A DNA stretch of 64,000 nt from Felis catus. Its lineage: Eukaryota. The first letter of the stretch is position 1; every line of letters begins with the position of its first letter. A program made the translations under genes and the position numbers. Of this stretch, positions 35,021-46,400 are shown one piece after another. The stretch lies in contig NC_058369.1 in the NCBI RefSeq assembly GCF_018350175.1, forward strand, positions 3,846,001 to 3,910,000, given 5' to 3'. The notes under the pieces are model-generated. The model was not told the origin of the DNA, made no database searches, and was given only the letters and a program-made list of their open reading frames with translations.

Positions 35021-38000
35021 TTTACTGAAAAGCACACCAAGAGTTCCTAGCTGCTAAACACCTACGATGTATAAGGCACTGTATTCCGGGCCTTGTAGAA
35101 CATGAATAGTTCTCACTTCTTAAGCACCTACTGTGTGCCAAGTGCTGTGCTAAGGGCCTTATACACAAATCGGAGCAGTTTTTCCTTCTGGAGCACCTCC
35201 TGTGTGCACACAGTGTCAAAGGTTCTGCAGGTAACGACTTCACGTTTTGAGTAGAACCTGCAGACCCCAAACCCCATGCTAGGTCCTGTGAGACTGACAA
35301 CGGTTCCTATCCGAGCATATGCGCCCAGAGCAAGGCCAGCCTCTTTGAAGAAAGTGCCACTTATCGAGCACTTACTGTATGCCAGGCATTCTGCCAGGGG
35401 CTTCACGGAACCACGATCATAGGCCCCGTGTCTGGGGTTCCTACTGTGCAGGGGACACCAGGGTAAGCTTGTCGCAAATGACTAGCAGCTTCCATCTGGT
35501 GAGTGCCAATTAGGGGCCTCGCACCACGCCGATCTGTGTTTAGGTTTAAGAGAGCACTTATGAAGCACCTATTGTGTGCCAGGCAGTGTGCTAAGGGCTT
35601 TGCTAAGTAACAGTGATAGTTCCCACATATTAAGCACCTCCTGTGCATGTTACAGGCTTTCTGGAATAACACTAAGTCCCCACCTGTGGCGTATCTTGTA
35701 CGAGACTGGGCTTAAGGCTGTTACTGACGTTAGACCTCACGGTCCGTGCGTCTTCTGGACACCGCACACCCTAAGCCCTTTATGCTCAAAATGTGCCCCC
35801 CTGATTAGCCATTCAATTCTCAAGACACTGTAAGTGGCTGGAGCGATCAACCCTCCAGCCTCAGGCCATGCTCCAGGTGGGGAAACGGGTGTCAAAGCCC
35901 ATCGGCCTGCTTTTCTATAATCACTTTTTTTACTCCTGGCTGCCAGACCCCGCCTACCCGGGGTGCCTTTCACAGATCACCTCCCACTGAACAGATGAGG
36001 AAACTGAGGCCCCAAACCAGCAGGCTGCCTTCCCAAGGGCATGTGGCGAGAGCCGGTATTTGAACCGGGGCTCGGCTGTTGCCCAGGGGCTGTCTTGACT
36101 TGAGGACGGGGATTCGGACCTCAGCCTGTGTCCTTATCCACTCAGGCCAGTTGAGGACAGCTGGAGCCACCCTACCTCAACTGCCCATGACTCCAGAATT
36201 CTCCTTGCCTAGAGGGAGGTCCAGAGAGGTCACTGGCTTTGCTTCACGGCAAGGCATATAGAACCCTACCATCATGGCAACCCTATTTGTTCACTGAGCA
36301 CGTGTTTACAGGGTACTCGTGACGTGCACACCCCGTGGCGGGGCTACCCAGTGATGAGAGACGTCCTCAAAGACATCAGGCTACGAGACGTCTCAGACGC
36401 CACTCCAGGGTCAACTAAAATGACCCTCCGGGCCCACTTAAAGTGAAATACCGGGGTTCCTTCCTCTGATATCAGATACTTGGGGCCCTCTCCCCCATTT
36501 CTTGACCAGCCACCCCAACCAAAAGTGCCTGGGGGAATCAGGCAGGAGTGGAAAAACCAACCAAGGGATGTGCCGGAAGGAATGGATTCGCTGAGAAAGG
36601 GAGGGAGGAAAAATAAAACCAAAACCATAACAAAATAAGAAACAACGGTGATGGTGATGATGATGAGAAAAACCATAATAAAAGAAAGAAAGACGCCTTC
36701 CAGAAAAAACTCCCAGTCTGGTTACCTACCTTCCGCTCTTCAACTGCTAACTTATAAGACTTTCTTACGAGGGAGGGAGTGGCGGAGTGCCGAGCTACAA
36801 GGCCAGACCGAGCTCTGGGTGGGTCTCCGGACGCAAGCAGGCCCCCAGTGTGGGCACGCTGTGGTTCCGGACTGGCGCCGACGAGGCGGGAAGGTGAGAC
36901 GGTGTGGGGAGACCCACGGCTGAGCGGTCTGGCCTCCACCTACCCTTGAGTTCAGCCTAAGAAGCCCGCAGTCCCCGGGGGGGACATGCCTGGCCCTGAG
37001 TCTCGCTGTCAGCTCTCTCGGGCCCCACCCGCCTCGGGGGGAGAAGTGGGGAGCCCCTTCTCCCCCGCTCCCTGTCCTGGGCCGCCCCAGAGTTTCGCGT
37101 GGCTGGGCCAAAGCCGCTTTCCTGACGACCACGGAGGCCGCCTCCTTCACAATCCGGCCCAACCTGCGTGACGTCTTGGGGGGCGGGGGTGACGGACCCA
37201 CAGACAGGCTCCGGTGGGAGGTAGCTCCCGGGGCCCCCATTTCCGGGGCAGGCGTGGCTCTCGGCCGCGGGGTGGAAAATTTAGGGGGGACCGTGGACCC
37301 TGTGCAGCCCAGAGCTGCTGGGGTATGCGGGGCACAGGCCGGGGGGGCACGCAGGGTGGGCCGTTTTTGTGAACCTGCTTGAGACCAGCGCGTACTCACC
37401 TTCGTGGCACCTGTGCCGGTCTCTCACGTGGCCGCCCAAGCCACAGGACACCCTCACTGATCGCCTCACGCACAAACACGCCCAGACGCCTGTGAGCTGC
37501 GGAGCGCTCGGCTCGGCACGCGGGAGGGGGGAGGAGGGAAGGGGGCCGGGGAGGGGAGGGGGGCAGGGGTGCCGCGTCTCCGAGGCCCCTGGTCCGCAGC
37601 GGCTCGGACCCCCAGGCCCAAGCTGCTGTCACCCGCGACTGACCCGTGACCCCCTGTGCGCACACACCCGGGGGAGGGGACTGGAAGGTCTGGACACCGA
37701 GGCTGCTTCCGGAACAAGGCCTGGGGTGGTGCTCTGCGACTGAGAAGGGGGAGGGGAGGGGAGGAGGGCCACGGCGGCGGAGGCCACGGCGGGCGAGGGT
37801 GAGCGCGGAGGAGGGGCAGAGGGAGAAGGGGAGGCAGACGGACAGCGGGATCTGGGGCCTGTCCAGGCCCTGAGCTCCGAGCAGGCCAGGAGGGCGGAGG
37901 CAGGGACCCCAGCGGGGCCCAGAGCCAGCTGCCGGCTGCAGAGTTCTGGCCAAAAGGCGACCACAGCAAAGAGCTCCAGGGACTCAAGAGCTCCTGGAGC

Positions 38001-38416
38001 CCGCACCCCCTGCCCTCCTGCTCCTGCCCCTGGCAATGGGGGGCCTGGTCTGGGGGGCAGGGCCATCTGGGGAGGCGTCTGGTCTCTGTGCGCCGGGCTC
38101 TCCGGGAACGACGGGGTGTGGGCGGGGACAGCCTCACACGGCCCTCCAGAGCACAGTGCGGCCGTTCCGGGGGCCCCAGGCGCAGGGCGGGAGGAGGAGA
38201 GAGAGGTGCAGTGGGCAGCGGCCCCCGACCTAGGGGTGAACCTCGTCCCCCAGGGCGACGGACACAGCGGGGCCTGCGGCAACCGCCGGCGCCGCGTGGG
38301 GGCGCACGCGCGAGGCCAGGCGCCCCCCCCACCCGCTGCGGCGTCCCGGCCAAGGTCAGCGTGTGCGGGTGGGGGCGGGGCCCCGCAGAGAAGGGCGGGG
38401 TCCGCGAGACACCTAC

Positions 38417-38561
38417 TGGACTGGAGTGTGCGCTGTCGCACCACGGAGGTGAAGGCGCCCAGACCCTGCGGAGACCGCGCTGCCAGGCGGAAGGCGTACT
38501 CCGTGTTGGGCTTGAGGTCATCCACCACGAAGGCTGTGGCCGGGTCGAAGGTCCTCCCCAC
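38417..38561 (-). CDS. PTPRS: PTPRS exon (145 nt), FNIII-3 C-part: VGRTFDPATAFVVDDLKPNTEY...QRTLQS
   Basis: CAG acceptor, GTAGGT donor. Confidence 0.95.
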
Positions 38562-38821
38562 CTGGGGGCGGTGGCGGGTGGAGACAAAGAGACAGAGACG
38601 CGGAGATTGTGAAAGAGACACAAGGCGAGCAGAGACCGAGGAACAGAGACATCGATGAATCAGAGCGCAGAGCAGAAAGTAGGGCAGGGGGAAGGAGGAG
38701 GAAGAGGGACGCAGCGGCATCCACGGAGGCGGGGGGCGGGGCGAGAGCGGAGGAAGAGAGACATCGAGTCAGCGAGACCCGAGGGCGCCCCGCCCGGCCC
38801 CCTCCCGCCGGTGCCCAGTAC

Positions 38822-38955
38822 CTCTCTGCCGTGGTCGCCTTCCCGGAACAGGAGCTCGTATTTGATGATGCTCTCCTGCCGTGGGGGGCTCCATGACAGC
38901 CCGATGCTCGTCTCCGACTTGGCCTCCGCCCTGAAGTTCATGGGCTGGCCGGGCA
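38822..38955 (-). CDS. PTPRS: PTPRS exon (134 nt), FNIII-3 N-part: [18 protein letters not shown]...GDHGRE
   Basis: CAG acceptor, GTACT donor. Confidence 0.95.
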
Positions 38956-39919
38956 CTGCAGGGAGGGGAGAGGGGAGGAGGGGAAACGGGGGGTGTGTGT
39001 GACTGGGTAAGGGTCCACTCCATAGGGTGCCCAACCCGCCAGGTGTCCCCAGGCTCCCAAAAAGGGCCCCGTGATGCTCAGCACCGCCCCGAAGGAAAAG
39101 CTGCTCTCGATCGTGTTCTGGATGCTTCTGGAATGTTCTCCACTGTGACTTCTCTTATTTTCCCAGGAGCTCCCTAACTGACAATTTCAATTTCCCCACC
39201 CTCTCTGCTTCCAGTGGGGAAAAAAAACCTCAAACACAAAAACAAAACCGAACCAAGAAAAACCCTCCTTTTCAAATCACGCGGGGCTCTCTTTGCTTCC
39301 CCTACATTAAATGGCAGAGAAATCGTGGGGACGTTTCGAAACACGGCCCCTCGTCCTGTGTCCGCTCTGTAACGGCAGTTCCAACGCTCCCGTCCCTGCA
39401 CTTGGACAGCTGCTGGGTCTTTCTGGACTTGAGGTCCTGAAACCTGAGCCCGTAAGGAAAGGACCAGAAACCCGCGGACAGCTGGGGCCCCAGACACCTG
39501 GATGCCCCACCCCCACCCTGCCCGCTGGCCTGGGCGGGCAGGCCGCCAGCCGCTGCCTTTGAGCTCATGCGTTTCCCCTTTACAGTTTCAATCTCTCCGA
39601 GGAGAACGGAGAAGGGCAGTTCTCCAACTCAGACACGGCCGCCGGGACCTGTCTGGATGGCCGATCACAGCCCCGGGGCCTCGTCAAATCCAATTTCCCG
39701 CGAGGAGAGAGAAACGGGGGCTTTCTGGGACGAGGTCCTGCTTTGAGACGCCAGCCGGAAAATACCGAAAGCACCCCGCGCGGTGAATACGCCAGCTGCG
39801 GGCCTCCGGGCAACATAGCCAGCCGCGTGCTGCGGGGACGCAGGACCCCGGCCCCTAATCCCGCGGTCCCCGCCCCACCCCCACCCCCGCGGAGGCCACG
39901 CCTCCCCCAGGCCCCTCAC

Positions 39920-40501
39920 CTCCCTGCTGCGTCTTGACCTGGATGGGGTCCGAGAGGGGCCCGTCGCCCACGGAGGTGAAGGCCAGCACACGCACAGTGT
40001 AGGTCTCGTCCTCCAACAGGCTGCCCACGGTGGTCAGCAGACTGTCATCCACGTTGTGTTTCTGCCAGTTGCCCACGGGGTGCTCGGGCTCCATGGTGTA
40101 ATAGATCCGGTAGCCCCGGATCAGGCCGTTGGGCTCCACGGGCTCTTCCCACTGGATGATCATGGTGGTGGCGCTCAGCATGCGGGCCTGCACGTTCCGC
40201 GGGGCGCTGGCCGGGGCCTGTTCGCCCGTGCGGGTGACCACCGACTCGCTGGGGGGCCCCTGGCCGATGGAGTTGACGGCGGACACCCAGATCTCGTACT
40301 CCGAGTTGGGGCTCAGGCCCCCGATGCTGTAACGCGTCGTGGTGATGTCCTCCTTGATCTGGTACGGCCCGTCTTGGCTCTTGGATTTATATTCGATGAC
40401 ATAGTAGGACACGGGGTCTGGATTGCCGGAGTCCCACGTGATGGTGATGCTGGTGGCTGTGTTCTCAGTCACCACAGGCGTCCCCGGGGCTTTGGGGAGA
40501 G
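39920..40501 (-). CDS. PTPRS: PTPRS exon (582 nt), FNIII-1/2: [18 protein letters not shown]...[10 protein letters not shown]
   Basis: CAG acceptor, GTGAG donor; overlaps ORF 39855..40475. Confidence 0.96.
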
Positions 40502-40624
40502 CTGTGGGTGGCAGGCACGGTCACACGTCAGGCACCCTGGCTGCGGAGCCCGAAGGCCCTCGCTGCGCCTTGACTTCCTCGCCAACGACCCCCGGGCCCG
40601 GTGACCCCCGTTCCCACCATCTGT

Positions 40625-40835
40625 AGGAGGGTTCGGCAAACTATGGCCCGAGGACCAGCAGCTGCTTTTATAAATAAAGTTTTATTAGAATACAGCCGCG
40701 CCTACGTATCACAAGATGGCTCCTTTCGTGTGACAGGGGCAGGGCGGGGGGGGGGGCTGCAGCAGAGACCACGTGGCCCGTAAAGCTGAAAATGCTGACT
40801 TAAAAAAAAAAAAATTTACCCTTGAAGAAAAACAT
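40625..40835. mobile_element. MER58-like hAT element
   Basis: GGCAAACTATGGCCC..TTTATAAATAAAGTTTTATTAGAATACAGCC. Confidence 0.65.
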
Positions 40836-41199
40836 TGAGTTTTGAAATTGCTGGTGCCCTGTCTCCGTGGTTTACTCTGCTCAGCCACGCTGTCTGTTCC
40901 CACAGCACACTTGCTGTTCCCTGTACCTGAAATGCTCCAACCCCAGAGGGGCCACACGGCCAGCTGTTTCTCGTTCCTTAAAGCTTCCCGCACCACCCAG
41001 GCCACAGGCACCCTCGCCCAGTGCTTAGCAGAGGCCGGAGTTTTGCTCACGATTCTACGCTCCTAGCACCTAGATGATCGTGACTTTCTCTCCCACTCGT
41101 CCCAAGTTCTTACACCACCCCGGCCCCAGGAGAGGCTCACTCGCTCAGCAAGATGACCAACAAACTAGCTGATGCTCATGTTTTCCATGGCCCTAGGAC

Positions 41200-41415
41200 A
41201 GGGCTTGGCAAACTCAGCCTCCAAAGGGCCACACAGTTAACTATTTGAGCTTTGCAGGCCGGGTTGAGACGACTCAGCTCTGCTGCTGGAGCAGGAGAGC
41301 TGCCACAGACAAGGCATGGATGACTGGGTGTGGTTATGTGCCAATAAAACTTTATTTATAAAAAACAAGGGGAGGGCCACATTCAGCCGCAGGCTGTAGT
41401 TTGCTGGCCCCTGTT
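41200..41415. mobile_element. MER58-like hAT element (opposite orientation)
   Basis: GTGCCAATAAAACTTTATTTATAAAAA...GTAGTTTGC. Confidence 0.65.
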
Positions 41416-41964
41416 CTAGAGCTAGGAAATGATCTGGGGGCACCTTCCTCTGAATCTCATCACAAACTTGAGCCATCAGGAGACCCCCGCGGTCCCCTGT
41501 CCCAGCTCCAGCTCTCTGAGTCTGCACAGGCTGTTTGCTTTCCTTAGAAACACTCTTCATCTTCTTTGGCTCATTCCTGTTCAACTTTTAATCTTTCTCT
41601 GACCTAACTTTTCTGGGGGGCGGGGGGGGGGGTGAGACCCTCGACTCTGGGGGGTCTGAACAGGGCCACACGGTCCCCATCACAGTCCTGATCAGCTTGT
41701 ATCGTGGCTGTCTGGCTACCTGGGCGTGTCACACGTCGGGCTCTCTGCTCGGCACAAGACCGTGCCTCAGTCCGCGGGGCCGGGCCCAGGATAATGGAAA
41801 ACCGATAGACGTCTGTTCACAAAACAAGCGTCCCCTTCCCAGCCGCGAAGGACCAAAGCCGGAATGGTAACTCAAAGGCTCTCTACCTGGACCCCTGACC
41901 TGTGCCCGGGGCCTGGGGCCCAGGGATGACCTCGGCCTCCCTGTGCCCCATGGGCCACACTTAC

Positions 41965-42234
41965 ATTTCACTGTGATCTGGGCCACGGCCTCGATGACGC
42001 CCAGGCTGGACATGGCCACGCACGTGTAGTTGGCCGAGTCCTTGACGTCTGTGAGTTCCAGCACATTCCGCCCCACGGGCATGTCGTCTTCGGGCGTCAG
42101 GTCCTCGGCCCCCTGCATCCACTTGACGTACGGCATGGGCGAGCCCACGGCCACGCAGGTGATGTTCACGTTGCCGCCTGGCATGATCTCGTGGCTCATG
42201 GGCAAAATGGAGAATCGCGGGGCCACGCGGCGGA
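41965..42234 (-). CDS. PTPRS: PTPRS exon (270 nt), Ig3: [21 protein letters not shown]...AVAQITVK
   Basis: CAG acceptor, GTAAG donor; lies within ORF 41729..42595. Confidence 0.96.
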
Positions 42235-43377
42235 CTGGGGGTGGGCGGCGGGCGGGTGGGAGCGAGATGCACAGGGTGGGGGGGTGGGGAGGTGGGATGC
42301 AGAGGGGAAAAGAAAGAAAAGCAGGAAGAAAGAAAGGAAGAAGGAAGGAAAGAAAGAAAGAAAGAAAGAAAAAAAGGAAAAAAAAAAGCGGAAAACAATT
42401 TAAATATAAACAAGGCTGTTCCCTTCCCCCCAGCTGAAGTTGTTTTTTTTTTTTCTTCCAAATGAAAAGAAAAGAAAAAAACCAAATTAAAAAAGCAAAT
42501 TCCAACACAAAGAAACCAAAAACTTCAAAGGAAGGTACTCCACAAACAATATAGAGAGAGATATATCGATATATAATAAAAGAGACACAAAGCATTATTC
42601 CATAGCAACAGGGTTTCAGAGACCAGAGTGGCTGGTCACAGCACAGTTACGAACACAAAAATTTATCAGCTGTTTCTCATCTTTGCGGACAGACGTGGCT
42701 TCGGGGAGCAGCCCCTCCACCCGCTCTCCCAAGCGGGGAGCTTTGGAAGATTCTGGCTGCAGGCGGTGGGGGCTCTGAGGACGTCGGGGAGCGGGGAGGT
42801 CACGGAAACCAGCGGTGCTGGAAGGCAGAGGGGGCCGGGACCTCGGCCCCCCACCCTCGTCCCCTCCGGTGACTCGGGGGCCCTGCCCACTTCCCGGGGG
42901 GGGGGGGGCCCTCAAGGAAAAGATGAGAAACTCTAATGAAATTTTTGTGGTTTTGGGGTATAGAAACCCTTCTAAAAGCTTCTGTCGGATCTGACAAGTT
43001 TCCATTGATAGATGCAGCTCTCAGAATCACAAACAGCATGCAAAATAGGTTGGTTGAGAGGACAGAGAGAGAGAGGAAGAGAAAGAGAAAGAGAGAGAGA
43101 GAGAGAGGGAGAGAAAGAGAGAGGCAGAAGGAGGGACGGAGAGGTGATGCAAGGAAGAAGCCTGGTTTCAGGGGCCTTCGGTGCACATTCGTGGGTGCCA
43201 GAGACGAGAGACAGGAGCCACGGGAGAGACAGAACAGGAAGAGAGGCCCAGAGAGAGGGGGGCAGAGACAGAGGAGGAGGGAGGAGGGGGCCCACTGCAA
43301 TCTACATATTAATTCTAGCGGATGTGACCCAATGTGACTTGTCACATTGTCACATCACAGCCCTGGCAGAATAGGAT

Positions 43378-43379
<2 letters not shown>

Positions 43380-43411
<32 letters not shown>
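43380..43411. repeat. (AAT)n microsatellite
   Basis: Visible directly. Confidence 0.95.
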
Positions 43412-43414
<3 letters not shown>

Positions 43415-46400
43415 CGAGGGAATGAGCTTGAACGTTGAGAAAACAGGGACATGTTCTGTGCGTTTCTCAGCGGGGAAGCGGGTGCAGCCTTCTGTCCCAA
43501 CCTCGCGGACCGTGAAGGCGGCAGGAAGCATTTCGGGGGCTCCATTTTCGGAAGTTGGACGGGTTTCGGGGTGGGGGCGGGGGCAGGGCGCGGATGCTAA
43601 CGGGACGCCTGAACTTCCAGAAAGGCGTGGCTGCTCCCCAGGAGCCGTGTCACTAACTGCAGCCCGAAGGACTCGGGCTGACCCAGCAGATCGTTGGAGC
43701 CAGGAAGAGGCCGTCCCTGGCTAAGAATCTCGGGACCTCAAGCCACGCGGGTGGGTCCCCAGCTTCGGGTGGGTCAAGGGGTCTTGTCTCGCACTAGAGA
43801 GATCACAGACTGGAGGCTCGACAAGGCCACACGGGGCCACGAAGTGACGTCTGGCACCCTGCCCCGCCTGATGTCACCTGCCGTCGGCAGGGGGTGGCTG
43901 GCAGGGGCCTGACTTGCCCTAACAGAGGAGGGGGCTCCGGGGGGAACCGGTTCCCGCTCTTCCAGCCCGGGGTTCCGAGCTGGAAGTCCCAACCCTTGCT
44001 CCCTGAATCCGGATGGAGGCAAAGAGGAGGCGGGAGCTCCGTGGGGGTGGGAGGCAGAGCAAAGCAGCGGCAGCCCTTCGGAAAAGGAAGCCCCACGAAA
44101 AGTCCAGTGTCACGTTGGAGACAGGATGGAGGCCGTAGAAGGTATCGCTGGGGGGGGGGGAGTGGGGGGTACGGGTGGGGGGAGACAGAGGGGCCATGCA
44201 GACGGACTGGGGGTGAGGGGCGGGGCGCTGAGATGGGGGGGTGGCTTTCTGGCAGGGCTGGGTGGAGGGTGGGGTGGGGGGGGAGTCAGGGGAGAACGGG
44301 GTCTGGCCAGCCAGCGGACGCGGTCCAGGCCAGCCGCCGGCATCCACAGCGAGGCACGAGCGGGATGCCCGACGCTGCGTTGTCATGGAAACAGAACATG
44401 ATGGGGGATGAGTGTGGGGAGCTAATTAATCAAGGACAGAAAACGGCATCGACGTCCAAAGCAAAACCAGGAGAAACAAATGAAAGAACAAAGCGGAAAA
44501 AAGGAAAAAAAAAAAAAAAACAACTCAAAAAACCTCAAAAAAAACAAACAAAAAAAAACCCCCAACCGAACAACAACAAAAAAATCCCCTCGGAAACACA
44601 ACCCCCAAAAGCAAGAAGGAAAAAAGAAAAAAAAAAGAACAAAACAAAACAAAAACACATGGAATGAGTGTGGGGCTGAAAATCGGGGTCTGAAAGGGAG
44701 GAGGGCCGTGGCTTTCCCAGGGAGGTGCCCCCCCGCCCCCAGCAGAACACAGGGTCTGGCCTGCCCGCCCAGCACCCAGGAGCCCCGGCTGAGGGTTCGA
44801 GGTGGCCACGGAGGTGAGATCCTCGCAGAGAAAGAACCTTCGGGGCAAACCAACCCAGCCCCACTTCTCGGGGACACCCTGGCCCTGGTCAGGGCTCAAC
44901 GAACAGCCCTGATCACAGACTCGCTGACCACACAGCAAGGCAATCCCTCACGACCTCAGAACCTCCCAGAAAACCTCTCCAGGCAGAGGTGGGAGACGGT
45001 GACGTGGGTGAAAAAGCCCTGTGGTCTTGGGAAGGCCCCTCATCCTCCCAGAGCCTCGGTTTCTCCACCCATGAAATGGGGGCAATTGGGGACACGCTGA
45101 GAAGGCCATGAAGTTGACTGAGGCGTACCCCAGCACACAGAAGGTACTCAGCCTGGGCGAGGGGCCTGTGAAGATCCCTTCCGGCCTTCCAGGGTGGGGG
45201 GTGGGGCAGGGAGGTCAACTAGATTCTCCACCTCAACAGGGTTTGGGATGGATTAGTTAAAAAGGAAACAGAATTTCTATCGAATGCCCATCTCGTTTTA
45301 TCCCTTCCAACTTTGTGTGGCAGATGAGACGAGGGACTGGAGGCTCAGAGAAGTGACAGGGCTAGCTGGAGGGCGCAAAGGAACTGGTGGGACCAGAGCT
45401 CCAAGCCAGGTATGCCTGGACCCTGCCTCTCAGGTAAAGCGGGTCTTGTCTCACCATGGCTAAGTGGTAAGACTTGCAGCGGGTAGGTGTCTCTTCTTGG
45501 CACCTGGCTCTTTCAACTCATGTCTTTACCTTCCGGGGGGCAGCAAAGAGGGCAAAAGTACCTCATCACCTATATATTCCAATCAAGTGAATAGTAACCA
45601 GTGGCCACCAGTTGAATACTACCCAGCAGCCGTCATAATAAACATCCAGAAGCCATTAGGAAGACGCCCATATTGAAAGGGATTATGAGAACGTCAAAGG
45701 GAGGAAGAGCCAGCTTTATGATTTAAAGGTTAAATAGGAGCCAAATTTATCCCCGTGTAAGGCTCAATATCTTGCCCCAAAGACCCCATACATATCTGAA
45801 CTCATCTTAAAGTATCTCCCCGTGGGGAGCCTTGGAAGGTACCTCTGACTTTTTTCAAAAGCACGGACAAAGCACGCTATCTCCAATATGTAAAAGACCT
45901 GCTGTACGCGTCGTTCGTGATAAGTCAGTCCGTGCGGAAGGGCACTGGTCAGCAGTGGTCGTGTCAGTGCTCACGATCCCGAACATGGCCAGCAGCCATC
46001 AGTTAAATGGATCTGCCAAGATGCTATGAAGGCTGACGGCTGAGAACCTTTGCCTACGTGCTTTCTCATCTACCTCATCTGCTTCTAAGGGTGTGCTGTG
46101 CTGTGGAGGAAGAGGGCTGGTTTGCCACGAGTTTGGGGAGGATCATGCCCACTGGCACTAGGTGGCTCAGCACCCCCTGGGGGGGGGGGGCCTCAGTAGG
46201 CCTGTGGGCAACCTCCCGGCCAGCAAGGGCGGGGTGGCTGACACTGTGTTCTGCCCAGTTTGGTGCGGACACCCACCCACGACATCTTTCCACCCCTGGC
46301 TGCACGCTTGAGGTGCGGGTTAGAAAGTAACGTGGGTGCAGAGCCCACAGGACGGAGTGGCCCCGCGGGACCCCCGCCCCCAATTACCGACCTGAATGGA

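Noticed and set aside
32248..35057. Repetitive S/T/G-rich ORFs (MSTYYVPGTGLGASSDNSTSPHI)n on the + strand
   Set aside because: These follow from the 69-bp (3n) unit. Frameshifting 68/70-bp units and stops break them repeatedly, the unit is L2-derived, and there is no splice or promoter support.
42561..42574. ATATATCGATATAT palindrome
   Set aside because: Short and embedded in AT/GA low-complexity sequence, so plausible by chance.
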